Origin: Octopus vulgaris
Lineage: Eukaryota
DNA length: 64,000 nt
Assembly: GCA_951406725.2 (NCBI GenBank)
Contig: OX597830.1
Span: forward strand, 32,612,001-32,676,000
Reading direction: 5' to 3'
Position numbers and translations under genes: made by a program. Under the pieces are notes generated by a model, which was not told where the DNA came from, did not search any database, and saw only the letters and a program-made list of their open reading frames with translations. This document shows positions 13,460 through 25,533 of the stretch, one piece after another (position 1 is the first letter of the stretch; the number at the start of each line of letters is the position of its first letter).

Positions 13460-13680
13460 TCTTTTATTTGTTTCAGTCATTTGACTGCAGCCATGCTGGA
13501 GCACCACCTTAAGTCAAACAAATCGACCCCCAGGAATTATTCTTTGCAAGCCTAGTACTTATTCTATCGGTGTCTTTTGCCGAATCGCTAATTTATGGGG
13601 ATGTAAACACACCAACATCAGTTGTCAAGCAATGGTGGGGTAACAAACACAGACACAAATAACAAATACACTCACACACA

Positions 13681-13719
<39 letters not shown>

Positions 13720-13905
13720 CACACACACACACAAACACACACTCACACACACACACACAACAGGCTTCTTTCAGTTTCCATCTACCAAATCCACTCACAA
13801 GGCTTTGGTTGGCCTGAGGCCATAGTAGAAGACATTTACCCAAGGTGCCAATCAGTGGGACTGAACCCAGAACCATATGGTTGGGAAGTAAGCTTCTTAC
13901 CACAC
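13460..13905 (-). mobile_element. SINE-A, full length
   Basis: Tail, (CA)n core and tRNA-like head in reverse orientation. Confidence 0.85.
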
Positions 13906-14456
13906 GTTTCATCTTGTTTGTTTTTTGTCTTTGCCCCTCATCCATCCACTACCGCTCTCATCTTGAACCACATTTATTTCATGTTTGTATTTTCACTTTC
14001 TGTATTGCATATTTGTATATTTCTTGTTTGTTTGTTCACTTTCTGTCATGTTTTGACCCTTGCTTGTTGGCTTACCATTTCCTGGTGGCTTCTCTTTGCC
14101 AGTGCCACCAGAAGGGGACAATATCATCGTTTGAAGGCATGAAATTTCGTTGAGCCATTGGCTGATAACTGATGAGAGTTTAGCAACTTCCAGTGTCTGC
14201 TTTTTATAGGATTGACTAAGGAGCAATGTGTGCCCTTTTTTTTTTTTATCTCTTGAACCCTAGAGCTCATAAGAGCCATTCCCCAGTTCCTATGGTGCAT
14301 GAGTGACTGGGATTACAACATTTCTTCTTCTGAATAGGATGGCAGTCCATTGTAGGGTTCAAGACCAGCAATTTTGAGAACTTGGGGGCACAATCACAAT
14401 GACGACGGCAATGATGCTGATGACAACAACGATCACCACCACCGTCGTCGTCGTCG

Positions 14457-14541
<85 letters not shown>

Positions 14542-14877
14542 TATCTTCATCATCATCATCATCGTTGTTGTCATCATTATCATCATTGCTACTGTCATTG
14601 TGGATGGTAGTAGCGTCATCATTAGCTTTGAATGCAACACAGGTGGGCCATATTCAGTTGTTAGCCTGACTACCTCTTAGTTAAAAAGCGCTGCTTGATT
14701 ACAGCCTCCCAGGGACTACACAGCAACATCACCAGCATATTTGTCTTCTTCTGACTCCACCCTCCGCCTCCCCTCCTCCTCCTTCTCTTCACTAACACCA
14801 CTACCACTGCCACCACCATCATTACCATCATCACCATCACTGCTTCAACAGATAATCATGATGATGATGACTGGCAA

Positions 14878-15205
14878 ATATGGCACTGTCAGTTACAATG
14901 ATAAGGGTTCCAGCTGATTCGAAGAATGGAACAGCCTACTTGTGAAATTAATGTGCAAGTGGCTGAGTACTCCAAAGACATGCATAGCCTTCACATAATT
15001 CTCAGGGCAATTCAGCATGACAACAAAAAAACATGAAAAGACTGGCCATTTTGAATTACAGATAGTCCCCAATTTTACGAGCTGGGGGGGGACTGGAGCA
15101 ATGCAAAACACAATGTCTTGCTCAAGGACACAATGTGCGGCCAGGAACTGAACTCATCACCTTCTGACCAGGAGCTGAATACCCAAATCATTAAGCAATG
15201 TGCCA
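14878..15205 (-). mobile_element. tRNA-derived SINE-E
   Basis: Minus-strand head GAGTTCAGTTCC then GTGTCCTTGAGCAAGACA; homologous copies at 18275-18510, 18875-19090 and 20385-20700. Confidence 0.75.
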
Positions 15206-15259
15206 TCACGTATTTGCATATATATATATATACGTTCACCAGGTAAATATAAAGGTGAT

Positions 15260-15838
15260 TAAAGTGATGCAATACACTCTGTCAAAAATGTTGAAATGAC
15301 ATGCTGTACTGCTTGGTATTCATGCCAAAAGCTCCAATACGATCATTTCAGAGTCTTTTGGTGTCAATCTGAGGACATGTACTGAGAGTGATAAAAATCA
15401 AGCATCCAATCAACGTCATGGTGTTTGGAGGGAATACAATTGTTGGCGAAGTTATGCTTCCATTCATCTTCCCACACAGCTTTAAACTCAACATGGAGGC
15501 CTACATCAAGTTCCTGAAGGAAGTAGTGCTGCCCTGGGTCAAGAGAGTGACTGCTGAAAGACCGTATGTCTGACAACAGGACTCTGCACCATTCCACACA
15601 AGCAGGAGAATCCAGTCATGGGTGTCAGAAAATTTCTGCGACCACATCACTCCTAACATCTGGTCACCTAACTCTGCAGACAGCAACCCCCTTGATTATG
15701 TATGAGATGCAGGTGAGCGTGAGTCTAACAAAACTCCTTGTAATGCCAAAGATGAACAGAAGGCAAGGATTATGGCAGCATTCACCAACTTAAACAAGAA
15801 GACCACCAAGAAGAGTCATAGAAGATTCCAAAGAGTCG
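15260..15838 (+). pseudogene. Tc1/mariner transposase relic (maT/DD37D-like)
   Basis: KHPINVMVFG..MLPFIFP..LNMEAYIKFLKEVVLPW..RPYV*QQDSAPFHTS..WSPNSADSNPLDY, with stops and frameshifts. Confidence 0.8.
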
Positions 15839-15864
15839 TAGAAGATAGATAGATAGATAGATAT

Positions 15865-16336
15865 GAATGTGTGTGTATATGTTTATGTGTCTGTGTTTGT
15901 CCCCCGACAGCATCATTTCACAACCGATATTGGGGTGTTTACGTCCCTGTAACTTAACGGTATGGCAAAGGTGACTGATAGAATAAGTACTAGGCTTACA
16001 AAGAATAAGTCCAGGGGTCGATTTGTTCAACTAAAAGCAGTGCCCCAGCATGACCAGCATGACTGAAACAAGTAAAAGAATAAAAGAATAATAGATATAT
16101 ATATATATATAAACTCTTTAAACACAGACACACAAACATATTCACACACACTTATACATATATACATATATACGACAGGCTTCTTTCAGTTTCCGTCTAC
16201 CAAATCCAATCACAAGGCATTGGTCGGCCCGGTGCTATAGCAGAAGACACTTGCCCAAGATGCCACGCAGTGGGACTGAACCCGGAACCATGTGGTTGGT
16301 TAGCAAGCTACTTACCAAACAGCCACTCCTGCGCCT
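15865..16336. mobile_element. SINE-A 3' half (+, 15865-16090) and 5' half (-, 16120-16336)
   Basis: Homology to 3766-4165. Confidence 0.8.
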
Positions 16337-17489
16337 ATATATATATATATATATTTATATGTATATATTTATACGTATGCATATGTGTTGTTGCATCTGT
16401 GTGTGTGTGTGTATTCATGTATGTGAAAAGAAATGACGTTGGGATGATGTGACCACAACAACAATTAGCCTCAACTAATTGACAACACCGAAAACAAGAA
16501 TCAGAATTAGAAAACATGAGTGAAACACGGGCACGTAATAGAAGCGTGTGTGGGGTGGCGGTGGCGGTGGTGGCGGTGGTGGTGGTGGTGGTGGCGTTGG
16601 TGGTGGCGGCGGTGGTGGTCAGGGGAGAGTAATTGTTACATGGAGAAATGAACAGGGAAAGCACTTGTAATAGTCTCTGTTTGTGTGTAAGTGTGTGTGT
16701 GTGTGTGTGTATGTTTGGGTGTATGTGCGTGTGTATGTGTGCATGCATGTGTGTGCGTGTGTGTGTGTGTGTCAAATACTTTAACTTGTTTCTGTCTCCA
16801 TCTTTCTATTACTCTCTAATTCCTTCCCTCTCTCACACTCTCTTTCTCATATACACACACACACACACACACATGCATATACGCATATAGATGAATATAT
16901 ATGGATATATATATATATATTTATATATATGTATATATATATATATATTTATATATATGTATATATATAGAGAGAGAGATACATGTATATATAGATATGT
17001 ATATATATATATGTGCATAAATATATATACATATGTACACACACACATATATATATATAAACATTATAAACATACACACGTGTGAACATTGTGTTCAATT
17101 ATATGTGTGTGTAGTCTGTGTAATTATGAATATACATATATCCACATGTGTGTGTATGTATATATATACACACACATACACACACACATAATATATATTC
17201 ATGCATATATATATGTATGTGTGTATGTATGTATCTATATATATACATACATTCACATAGACACACAAGTGCACAGTGAGAGACACAGAGAGATGTAGGC
17301 ATACACATACTGACATACACACACACACACACATATATACCATCGGTGACGCACATATAGCCACACACTTTGATGGTAATTAGTTTTAGATGGCAATTAG
17401 TAGCCATTTGAAATGGCAGTGTAATGTGATATTTGGAAGTGAGGTCTGCAGAGTAAGTTTACAGATGGTGCTGGCACTGTTATTGATAA

Positions 17490-17599
17490 TGGTAGTGGCA
17501 GCGGCAGTAGTGATGCTGGTGGTGGTGGTGGTGCTGGTGGTGGTGCTGGTGGTGGTGGTGATGGTGGTAGCATTGGTGGTGATGGTGGCACTAGTAGTA

Positions 17600-17642
<43 letters not shown>

Positions 17643-17672
17643 GTGATGGTAATGATGGTGATGATGATGATA

Positions 17673-17724
<52 letters not shown>

Positions 17725-18245
17725 GTGGTGATGGTGATGATGATGATGATGGTGGTGGTGATGGTGATAATGATGGTAATAATGATGATGCTGTTGGTGA
17801 TGATGATGGTGATGATGATGATGATGGTGATGGTGATGATGACAATGATGATGATGATGAAGATGATGGGATGATGATGATGATGATAATGACGACGATG
17901 ACGACTGATGATGATGATGATGGTGGTGATGGCGATGATGACGATGATGATGATGATGAAGATGGTGATGATGATGATGACGATGATGTGATGTTGGTCA
18001 TAGTTGAGTTGTAATACGGTGGTGTTGGTGTTAGTGTTGCTGTCAGTGGTACTAGTAGTAAATGATGATGGAAACAGCGATGATGATGTGGTGTTGGTTG
18101 TAGTTGTAGTGATAGTGGTGATATGGTGACGGTGGTGGTGGTGGTAGTGATCATGATGGTGATGGTGGTGATGGTGGTGGTGGTGGTGGTGGTTATAGTG
18201 ATGGTGTTGGTGATGGTAGTGATCGTGGTGGTGGTGGTGGTGGTA
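17490..18245. repeat. (GAT/GGT)n compound microsatellite
   Basis: Direct. Confidence 0.95.
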
Positions 18246-18274
18246 TTCACTGTTATTGTGGCTGTGTCAGTGTT

Positions 18275-18510
18275 AGTGCCAGTTGACCCAATCAACAGAA
18301 CAAACAGCCTGCTCATGAAATAAACCTGCAAGTGGCTGAGTACTCCACAGACATGGGTACCCTTAACGCAGTTCTCAGGGAGATTCAGTGAGACACAATG
18401 TGACAAGGCTAGCCCATTTGAATTACAGGTACAATTCGTTTTTGCCAGCTTAGTGAAACCGGAGCAGTGTGAAATAAAGTATCTTGCTCAAGAGCATAAT
18501 GTATTGCTGG
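18275..18510 (-). mobile_element. SINE-E
   Basis: GCAAGTGGCTGAGTACTCCACAGAC...GGAGCAGTGTGAAATAAAG. Confidence 0.75.
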
Positions 18511-18536
18511 AAATCTAGCTCATGTCCACTCACTGC

Positions 18537-18615
<79 letters not shown>

Positions 18616-18624
18616 TGCTCGGAT

Positions 18625-18838
18625 ATAGCTACACTCTTGGAGTGGAAGTACACTCTTGGAGTGGTTGGCTACACTCTTGGAGTGGTTAGCATTAGGAAGG
18701 GCATCCAGCTGTAGAAACTCTGCCAGATCAAGATTGGAGCCTGGTGCAGCCATCCGGTTCACCAGTCCTCGGTCAAATTGTCCAACCCATGCTAGCATGG
18801 AAAGCAGATGTTAAATGATGATGATGATGATGATGATG
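18625..18838 (+). mobile_element. Family D 3' end with (GAT)n tail and a ~20 bp internal triplication
   Basis: TAGGAAGGGCATCCAGCTGTAGAAAC...CCCATGCTAGCATGGAAAGC; TACACTCTTGGAGTGG x3. Confidence 0.8.
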
Positions 18839-18874
18839 TATATACTTGTATATATATTTATGGAGATACATTAT

Positions 18875-19345
18875 GACACTCCATCGTTTAAGATGATGAC
18901 AGTTCCAGTCGATCCGATCAACAAGAAAGTGGCTGGGTGCTCCACAGACTTGTAGTTCTCCCTTAATATAGTTTTCAGGAACATTCAGTGTGACACAAAA
19001 TATGACAAAGCTGGCCCCTTTGTATTACAGGTACTACCCACTTTTGCCAGCTGAGTACACTGGAGCAGCATGAAGTAGAGTATCCTGCCACCAAGAACCA
19101 AACTAATGACCATTCACAGCTGAATATATTGTTTGTGTGTGTGTTTGTCCCCCTAGCATTGCTTGACAACCGATGCTGGTGTGTTTACGTCCCGTCACTT
19201 AGCGGTTCGGCAAAAGAGACCGATAGAATAAGTACTGGGCTTACAAAGAATAAGTCCCGGGGTCGATTTGCTCGACTAAAGGTGGTGCTCCAGCATGGCC
19301 GCAGTCAAATGACTGAAACAAGCAAAAGAGAAAGAGAAAGAGAAA
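18875..19345. mobile_element. SINE-E (-, 18875-19090) and SINE-A 3' half (+, 19130-19345)
   Basis: Homology to other copies in the window. Confidence 0.75.
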
Positions 19346-19376
19346 ACAGAGAAATATACACACATACACACATATA

Positions 19377-19611
19377 CAGGATGTTTTAAAGGTCTTTCCA
19401 CAGTAAGTATTTAATGGTTTTCAGGTGATTCTTGTATACTGATCCCTTTACTTGCTCCCCATAAAACAAAGTCTGGCAGTATTAAATCAGGTGATCTTGG
19501 TGGCCAAAATCCCTTCGCAATAATCTGTTCATGGAAAAACTCTTGAAGTAACGCCATAGTGATGCGCAGGATGAAAAAAATTCCCTGCGGAGAGACTTTT
19601 TGAACACCCTG
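19377..19611 (-). mobile_element. Tc1/mariner internal-deletion MITE
   Basis: TA flanks on both sides; imperfect TIRs CAGGATGTTTTAAAGGTCTTTCCACAG vs CAGGGTGTTCAAAAAGTCTCTCCGCAG; residual WPPRSPDL..DFVLWG. Confidence 0.8.
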
Positions 19612-19902
19612 TATTTTCAAGACTCAAATTATTTATCTCTTCCTTAAAAAAACAATGATAATGTGGTTTAGCAGACATATCCAAACACGCAAAATATATA
19701 TATATTAAAAGTCAGGGTACAAAATGTATCTACAGTTCTATATTTAAGAGATGAAGAATTATATTACATTATTTACATTATTTACATTTGACGGATATTT
19801 GTCCTCATCTTCTTTGTTGTTAATACAACATTTCGGTTGATATAACCACCAGCCTTCATCAGGTGTCTTGGGGAAATTTCGAACCTGGGTTTTCATTCCT
19901 AT

Positions 19903-19977
19903 GGTCATATGGCATAGTGATTAAGAGCTCAGGCTACTAGCTCTAAGATTCCGAGTTCGATTCCAGGCAGTGACCTG
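19903..19977 (+). promoter_or_regulatory. tRNA-derived head with Pol III A and B boxes
   Basis: TGGCATAGTGA (19910-19920) and GAGTTCGATTC (19953-19963); consensus with other copies gives an anticodon arm GGG-CTACTAA-CCC. Confidence 0.75.
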
Positions 19978-19993
19978 AATAGTAATAATAATA

Positions 19994-20034
<41 letters not shown>

Positions 20035-20051
20035 CATGGGGACGACGACGT

Positions 20052-20082
<31 letters not shown>

Positions 20083-20142
20083 AATAATAATAACATCAAA
20101 AAATACCTTAGGAATGAGAACCCAGGTTTGAAATTTCCCCAA

Positions 20143-20188
20143 GACACCTGATGAAGGCAGGAGGGTATATCAGCCGAAACGTTGTGTT
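20143..20188 (+). ncRNA. Minimal type I hammerhead ribozyme motif
   Basis: GACAC-CTGATGA-A-GGCAG-loop-CAGCC-GAAA-CG-TT-GTGTT; mirror copy on the minus strand at ~19822-19867. Confidence 0.7.
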
Positions 20189-20384
20189 AACAAGAAACAA
20201 ATTGAGGACAAATATCCATCAAATGTAAATAATGTAAATAATGTAAATAATGCACATAATTCCTCATCTCTTAAATATAGAACTGTACAAAATGTATCTG
20301 TTTGTTTGAAAGAAGAATGACTTGTATCTCTCATTATATGCAAACTCACATTGAGAATAACAATTACATTTAGTAAAACATAGC

Positions 20385-20700
20385 ATGGCACTCCATCAGT
20401 TACAACTAGTATTTCGGTTGATCCGATCTATGGAATAGTTTGCTCATGAAATTGACATGCATGTGGCCGAGTACTCCACAGACCCATGTACCCTTAACGT
20501 AGTTTTCAGGGAGATTCAGTGTGACACAGTGTGAAAAAGCTGGCACTGTTGAATTGCAGGTACAACTCATTTTTGCCAGCTGAGTGGACTGGAGCAATGT
20601 GAAATAAAGTGTCTTGCTCAAGGAGTCACTGCACTGCCAGGAATAGAACTTGCAATTTTATGACCATGAGACGAATACCCACCACCACTAAGCCACGTAC
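20385..20700 (-). mobile_element. SINE-E, full length
   Basis: Minus-strand head GTGGCTTAGTGG...AAGTTCTATTCC. Confidence 0.75.
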
Positions 20701-20899
20701 TTTCACTAGCTTACGTGGTTATATATATTGATGGTGGTAGGTATGGTAGCAGTATTGGCTGTAGTTTATTGTTATTACAGTGGTACTTATGGTGTTGGGA
20801 ACAGTGGTAGTATTGGTTGTAGCATTATGATGCTGGCAATAATAGTTGTACACTTTGTAATGCTGATAAAGGTGAGGGTGATTGTGTTATTGGGTGTTT

Positions 20900-21444
20900 T
20901 TGGTGGTGGTGGCAGTGGTGGTGGTAGTATTGGTGGTATTGGTGGTGTGGATGATGATGATGATGATGATGATAATGCTGATGATGATGACGGCAGTGGT
21001 AGTGATGATGGGGGTAGTGATGGTGGTGGAAGCCTTGGTGATGATGATGATGGCAGTTGTAGTGATGGTAGTTGTAGTGATGATGACGATGACGATGATG
21101 ATGGTGGTGGTGGTGGTGGTGCCCATTGCGGTGGTAGTAGTGATGGTGCTGGTGGTGGTGGTGTCCATTGCGGTGGTAGTAGTGATGGTGCTGGTGGTGG
21201 TGGTGTCCATTGCGGTGGTAGTAGTGATGGTGGTGGTAGTGGTGATAGTGGTGGTGATGGTGGTGGTCGTGATGGTGATGGTGGTGGTTGTGGTGGTGAT
21301 GGTGGTGGTAGAGATGGTGATGGTGGTGGTAGTGATGATGACGATGATGATGATGAGGATAATGGTGCTGGTAGTGGTGGCCATTGCGGTGGTGGTAGTG
21401 ATGGTGATGACACCGGTAATATTTCATGATGATGACGATGACAC

Positions 21445-21481
<37 letters not shown>

Positions 21482-22730
21482 AGTGGTGGTGGTGGTGGTG
21501 GTGGTGGCGGTGGTTCTGTACATACAGTTTCGGTTCTAGCTTCGTTGGTATTTGGTTCATGGCAGTTGCGTTTAATGACGATGGTATAAGCATGGTGTTA
21601 GCAATATCGTTGGTAGACCCCGAGAATGGAAATGGAAACGGAGGCGATGATTATGACGACGATGACGATGACGATGATGATGACAGCAATGATGGCGGTG
21701 GCAATGGCGGCAGCGACGGCAGCCATGGCGCTGGTGGTGGTGGTGGTGGTGGTGTAGCAACACATGTGTGGCATGGGGTATGTTACACAGTCAATTAGTT
21801 TTAATTAGATTAATAACTTTAGTAGTCACAACAAGTCTTTGCCAGGGTTAAGAAAATAAAAATACAAACAAAGGGAAACATAACCATCAGCACCACAACC
21901 ACCACAACCACCACCCACTACCACCACCACCAACAACAACAACAACAACAGTAGCAGCAAAATCGGCAATGACGATGATGACGATAGCGATGGCGAGGAT
22001 GACAAAAACAACAACAAAATGATGGGAAAAGATTACTGCCTTGTGGATGAAGAGATGGTGATACTGATGGTGAAGTTGTTTTTGTTGTTGGTAGTGGTTG
22101 TGGTGGTGGTGGTGGTGGTAACGGTGGTGGTGGTGGTGGTGGTGGTGGTGGTGGTGGTGGTGGTGGTGGTGGTGGTGGTGGTGGTGGTGATGGTGGTGGT
22201 GAAGGTAGTGATGGTGGTAGTGATTTCGGTGAGGGCGGTGGTGATAGTGGTGAGGGTAGTTGTGGTGATAATGGTGGTGGTGGTGGTGGTGGTGGCGGTA
22301 ATGGTGGTGGTGGTAGTGGTGGTAGTGGTGGTAATGGTGGTTGTGGTGGTTGTGGTGGTGGTGGTGAAGGTAGTGATTTCGGTGAGAGTGGTGGTGATGG
22401 GTGGTTGTGGTAATGAAGGGGCTGGTGGTTGTAGCATCTGATGATGATGATGATGATGATAACAACAACAAATACTATGGCAGTGATGATGATGGTGATG
22501 GTGGTGGTGGTAATATTTGATGCTGCTGCTCATGATGATGATGATGATGATGGCAATGATGGCGTCAGTGATGAAGAAGAGATGATGGAAATAATGCTAT
22601 CGATGATGTTAGCGGCAATCGTAGAGGTTGTTGAGGTGGTGGTGGTGGTGGTTGCAGTCAGAAGAGCATTGCTGATGGTGATGGTGATGGTGATGGTTAT
22701 GGTGATGGTAGTGCTGGTGGTGGAGGTAGC
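20900..22730. repeat. (GGT/GAT)n fields including a 39 bp minisatellite (~21112-21230)
   Basis: CCATTGCGGTGGTAGTAGTGATGGTG repeated three times within the trinucleotide tracts. Confidence 0.9.
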
Positions 22731-23039
22731 AGCAGTGGACAGCATCGGTAGTGGAAGCAAAAGTAATGAGAGTGATGGCAACAGCAGTTGTAATCAAAAA
22801 CGGTAAATCTTTGTTAATATGTTTATTTAGTTATTTACTTATTTTTATACTTAATTATTTATTTAATTCTATGTTTCCATCTTCTCTAATGATGTTTGGT
22901 GTCATATTCCAGGTGATGCTGTCAAAGACTGGTTTTCTCATTTTATTTCCTTCTGGTTTAATTTACCAATAAGCAAAACATTATTACTGTTGTAGCTATT
23001 GCTGTTGTTGGTCGTGGTGATTGTACTAGTGGTAGTGTG

Positions 23040-23270
23040 GTGGTATTTGGCAGAAACGTTAGCACGTCGGACGAATTGCGTAGCCGTATTTCTTCTGTCG
23101 TTACGTTCTGAGTTCAAATTCCGCCGAGGTTGACTTTGCCTTTCATCCTTTCGGGGTCGATAAATTAAGTACCAGTTACGCACTGGGGTCGATGTAATCG
23201 ACTTAATACCTATGTCTGTCCTTGTTTGTCCCCTCTGTGTTTAGCCCCTTGTGGGTAATAAAGAAATAGG
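23040..23270 (+). mobile_element. SINE-B, young CpG-rich copy
   Basis: GGCAGAAACGTTAGCACG...GAGTTCAAATTCCGCCGAGG...CGGGGTCGATAAATTAAGTACC. Confidence 0.85.
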
Positions 23271-23356
23271 TATTTATTCCTACCCTACTTCCATCTACAT
23301 CTGACCAAAGGCTTTCCAGTGGTAACCCACCCTCCTATTCCTTTTAGGGTAAAATA

Positions 23357-24331
23357 TGAAGTGGTATCAAATGGTTTCTGGACTAATTATGCTTAATTAA
23401 AAAATAACTAATTTACCTAAGTTTTAACATCATATCCTTTGAAATAGTCATCTTGCACAGTAATACACCAGACCCAGCATTCCTGCCACTTTTGGAATCA
23501 TGCCTGGAAATTGTTTTCTATGAGTGAGTCGAGGATATTTTGTGATTAGCTCTGGGCCATGACAAAGGTGTTAAAACAACGACCTCTGAACTGCATTTTC
23601 ATCTTGGAGAAGAGACAGAAGTCTGCAGGTGATAAATCTGACAAATAGGACAAATGCAGAAATGAAACCCCAGAAGGGAGGAAAGCTGGGGGAAGAATCC
23701 AGTTCTTTGTGCGCCACAGATCTGGTCCCTTTCACTGAATGTCCTCCATCAGCATTTCAAAATATTGCAGTAGAACTCTCGATTGATAGTTTATCACAGT
23801 AGCGCTCTCGATTGATGGTCTATTGCAGTAGGTCTCTAGATTGATGGTTTATTGCAGTAGAACTCTTGATTGATGTTCTATCACAGTAGAACTCTTATTT
23901 GATGGTTTATCATAGTAGAACTCTCGATTGATAGTATTTCTCTCGACTGATGGCAGTAGAACCCTTCATTCATGGTCTGGCACTGGGAGAAGAATTCTCA
24001 GTGCACAATACCACATTTCTGGAAGTGATGCTTGTGGTAGGTCTTCCAGTTTGCTCATCATCTTCCAAAGACATACTTCTGCTTTTGAAGCACTCATGCC
24101 GGTTAAAACATCGTGTACAACCCATTACCTCCTTGTTGTAAGCTTGCCGAAGCATGTTCAATATCTCTGTAGTAGACTCCCCAAATTTAACCCTAAATTT
24201 CATGCTGGCTCTTTATTCCTGTCCATGACAAAATCACAGACTACACATGATCATAAAAACACAAATTTCACAACTTATGAATTAAACACAGCAATGTCAA
24301 CTGTTAGCTCCCACATTTTGATACCCCCTCC
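23357..24331 (-). pseudogene. Mariner element with internal deletion
   Basis: TA flanks and imperfect TIRs containing GGTATCAAA; N-terminal KFRVKFGESTTE..AY..FK..SLEDDEQTGRP (mariner HTH) and C-terminal remnants at 23430-23650. Confidence 0.8.
23763..23935. repeat. 29 bp minisatellite, about 6 copies
   Basis: Unit ATTGCAGTAGAACTCTCGATTGATGGTTT. Confidence 0.85.
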
Positions 24332-24789
24332 TATCTAGGATAAAAAAAAGAGAATAATCAGGGATGCGCTGCTTAGGTAGACAAGGCAGGCAGTACCTAC
24401 CTTAAATAGATTGATAGCAGCATTTTCCTTTTATGGCAAAATATGCACCTAATTCCATAAAATTATGAAGGTTACTCTGATTATTATGCATAAAATGCAA
24501 AATATTTTATTTTTTTGTACATTAGGTAGACATAATCTGCCCCTGCTTTTCAATCTTAGTATTTAAGCTATGCAAAATACTGCTGTAGTACACATGCTGT
24601 GTACACTCCTACAACACTGTTTTCTTTATGTGTTATAAAGGCAGAAGTAAATCTGCCTCCATCTCAGTTGTGCACCTGTGTTTCACTCACTTTTTTGTGT
24701 GCTTTACTGCATAAAAGTCACCAAGTGCCTACCCTGAGTAATTACCTATGACACACGTGCTTGATAAAAATTCTTTCCAAGTTGTATAT

Positions 24790-25015
24790 AGACTCATAAG
24801 GGCTGGTTTCCAGGTTTCTCTGGTGTATATATTCTCCACCTGGACGGCATGCTAGTCCATTGTAGGACTACTTATTTTTAACAGGTGAGTGAATTGGAGC
24901 AATGTGAAATGAAGTTTCTCGCTCAAGACCGCAACATGTCACTCAGTTCAGGAATTGAAACCACAATCTTATGATCATGAGTCAAACACTCTAACCACTA
25001 AACCCCATGCCTCCA
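24790..25015 (-). mobile_element. tRNA-derived SINE-F
   Basis: Minus-strand TAGTGGTTAGAGTG...GGTTTCAATTCC; tail shared with 34310-34400 and 14263-14355. Confidence 0.65.
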
Positions 25016-25199
25016 CGATACTTGCCCAAAGTGTCACACAGTGGGACTGAACCTGGAACCATGTGGTTGGGAAGCAAGTTTCTAACTACACAGCCATGCC
25101 TACTCTTATGTATAAGTCCATTTGTAAACACCATGAGCCTCTTGCCAAACTTCAACTGCTGCTGGCCCTATGTAAAAAGTACACATGCTGGTGTTATAT

Positions 25200-25430
25200 A
25201 TTTCTTTACTACCCACAAGGGGCTAAACACAGAGGGAACAAACAAGGACAGACAAATGGATTAAGTCGATTTTATCAACCCCATTGCGTAACTGGTACTT
25301 ATTTAATTGACCCCAAAAGGATGAAAGGCAAAGTTGACCTCGGCAGAATTTGAACTCAGAACGTAACGGCAGACGAAATACTGCTAAGCATTTCACCTGG
25401 CGTGCTAACGTTTCTGCCAGCTCGCTGCCT
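25200..25430 (-). mobile_element. SINE-B
   Basis: Reverse complement of 23040-23270. Confidence 0.85.
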
Positions 25431-25533
25431 TATACGAAGAACTAGTGCCATGTAAAAAGCACCTGGTACAATCTTGTGTCTGTCTTTGCACCACCCCCAC
25501 CACCCATCGCCATTTGACAACCAGTATTGGTGT

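Larger units (their letters stand above)
19731..20287. mobile_element. Family H inverted pair: (-) tail 19731-19901 plus (+) full copy (tRNA-like head 19903-19977, microsatellite, tail 20095-20287)
   Basis: ~170 bp inverted arms; direct repeat GTACAAAATGTATCT at 19717-19731 and 20285-20299. Confidence 0.85.

Noticed and set aside
19903-19977. Functional tRNA gene
   Set aside because: Acceptor and T stems are imperfect, copies are diverged, and the head is always attached to the same repeat body; the same holds for SINE-A, B, E and F heads
19731-20287. Reading family H as a DNA-transposon MITE with long TIRs
   Set aside because: Arm lengths, internal junctions and TSD lengths differ between copies, and a tRNA head is present
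20728-21593. Gly/Asp-rich or Pro/Ser-rich structural protein ORFs
   Set aside because: GGT/GAT microsatellite open in several frames on both strands
23763-23935. CRISPR-like array
   Set aside because: Contiguous repeats without spacers in eukaryotic DNA; it is a minisatellite, as is 42321-42510
24358-24765. Possible MITE with TAGGTAG/CCTACC motifs
   Set aside because: TIRs and TSD too degenerate to call
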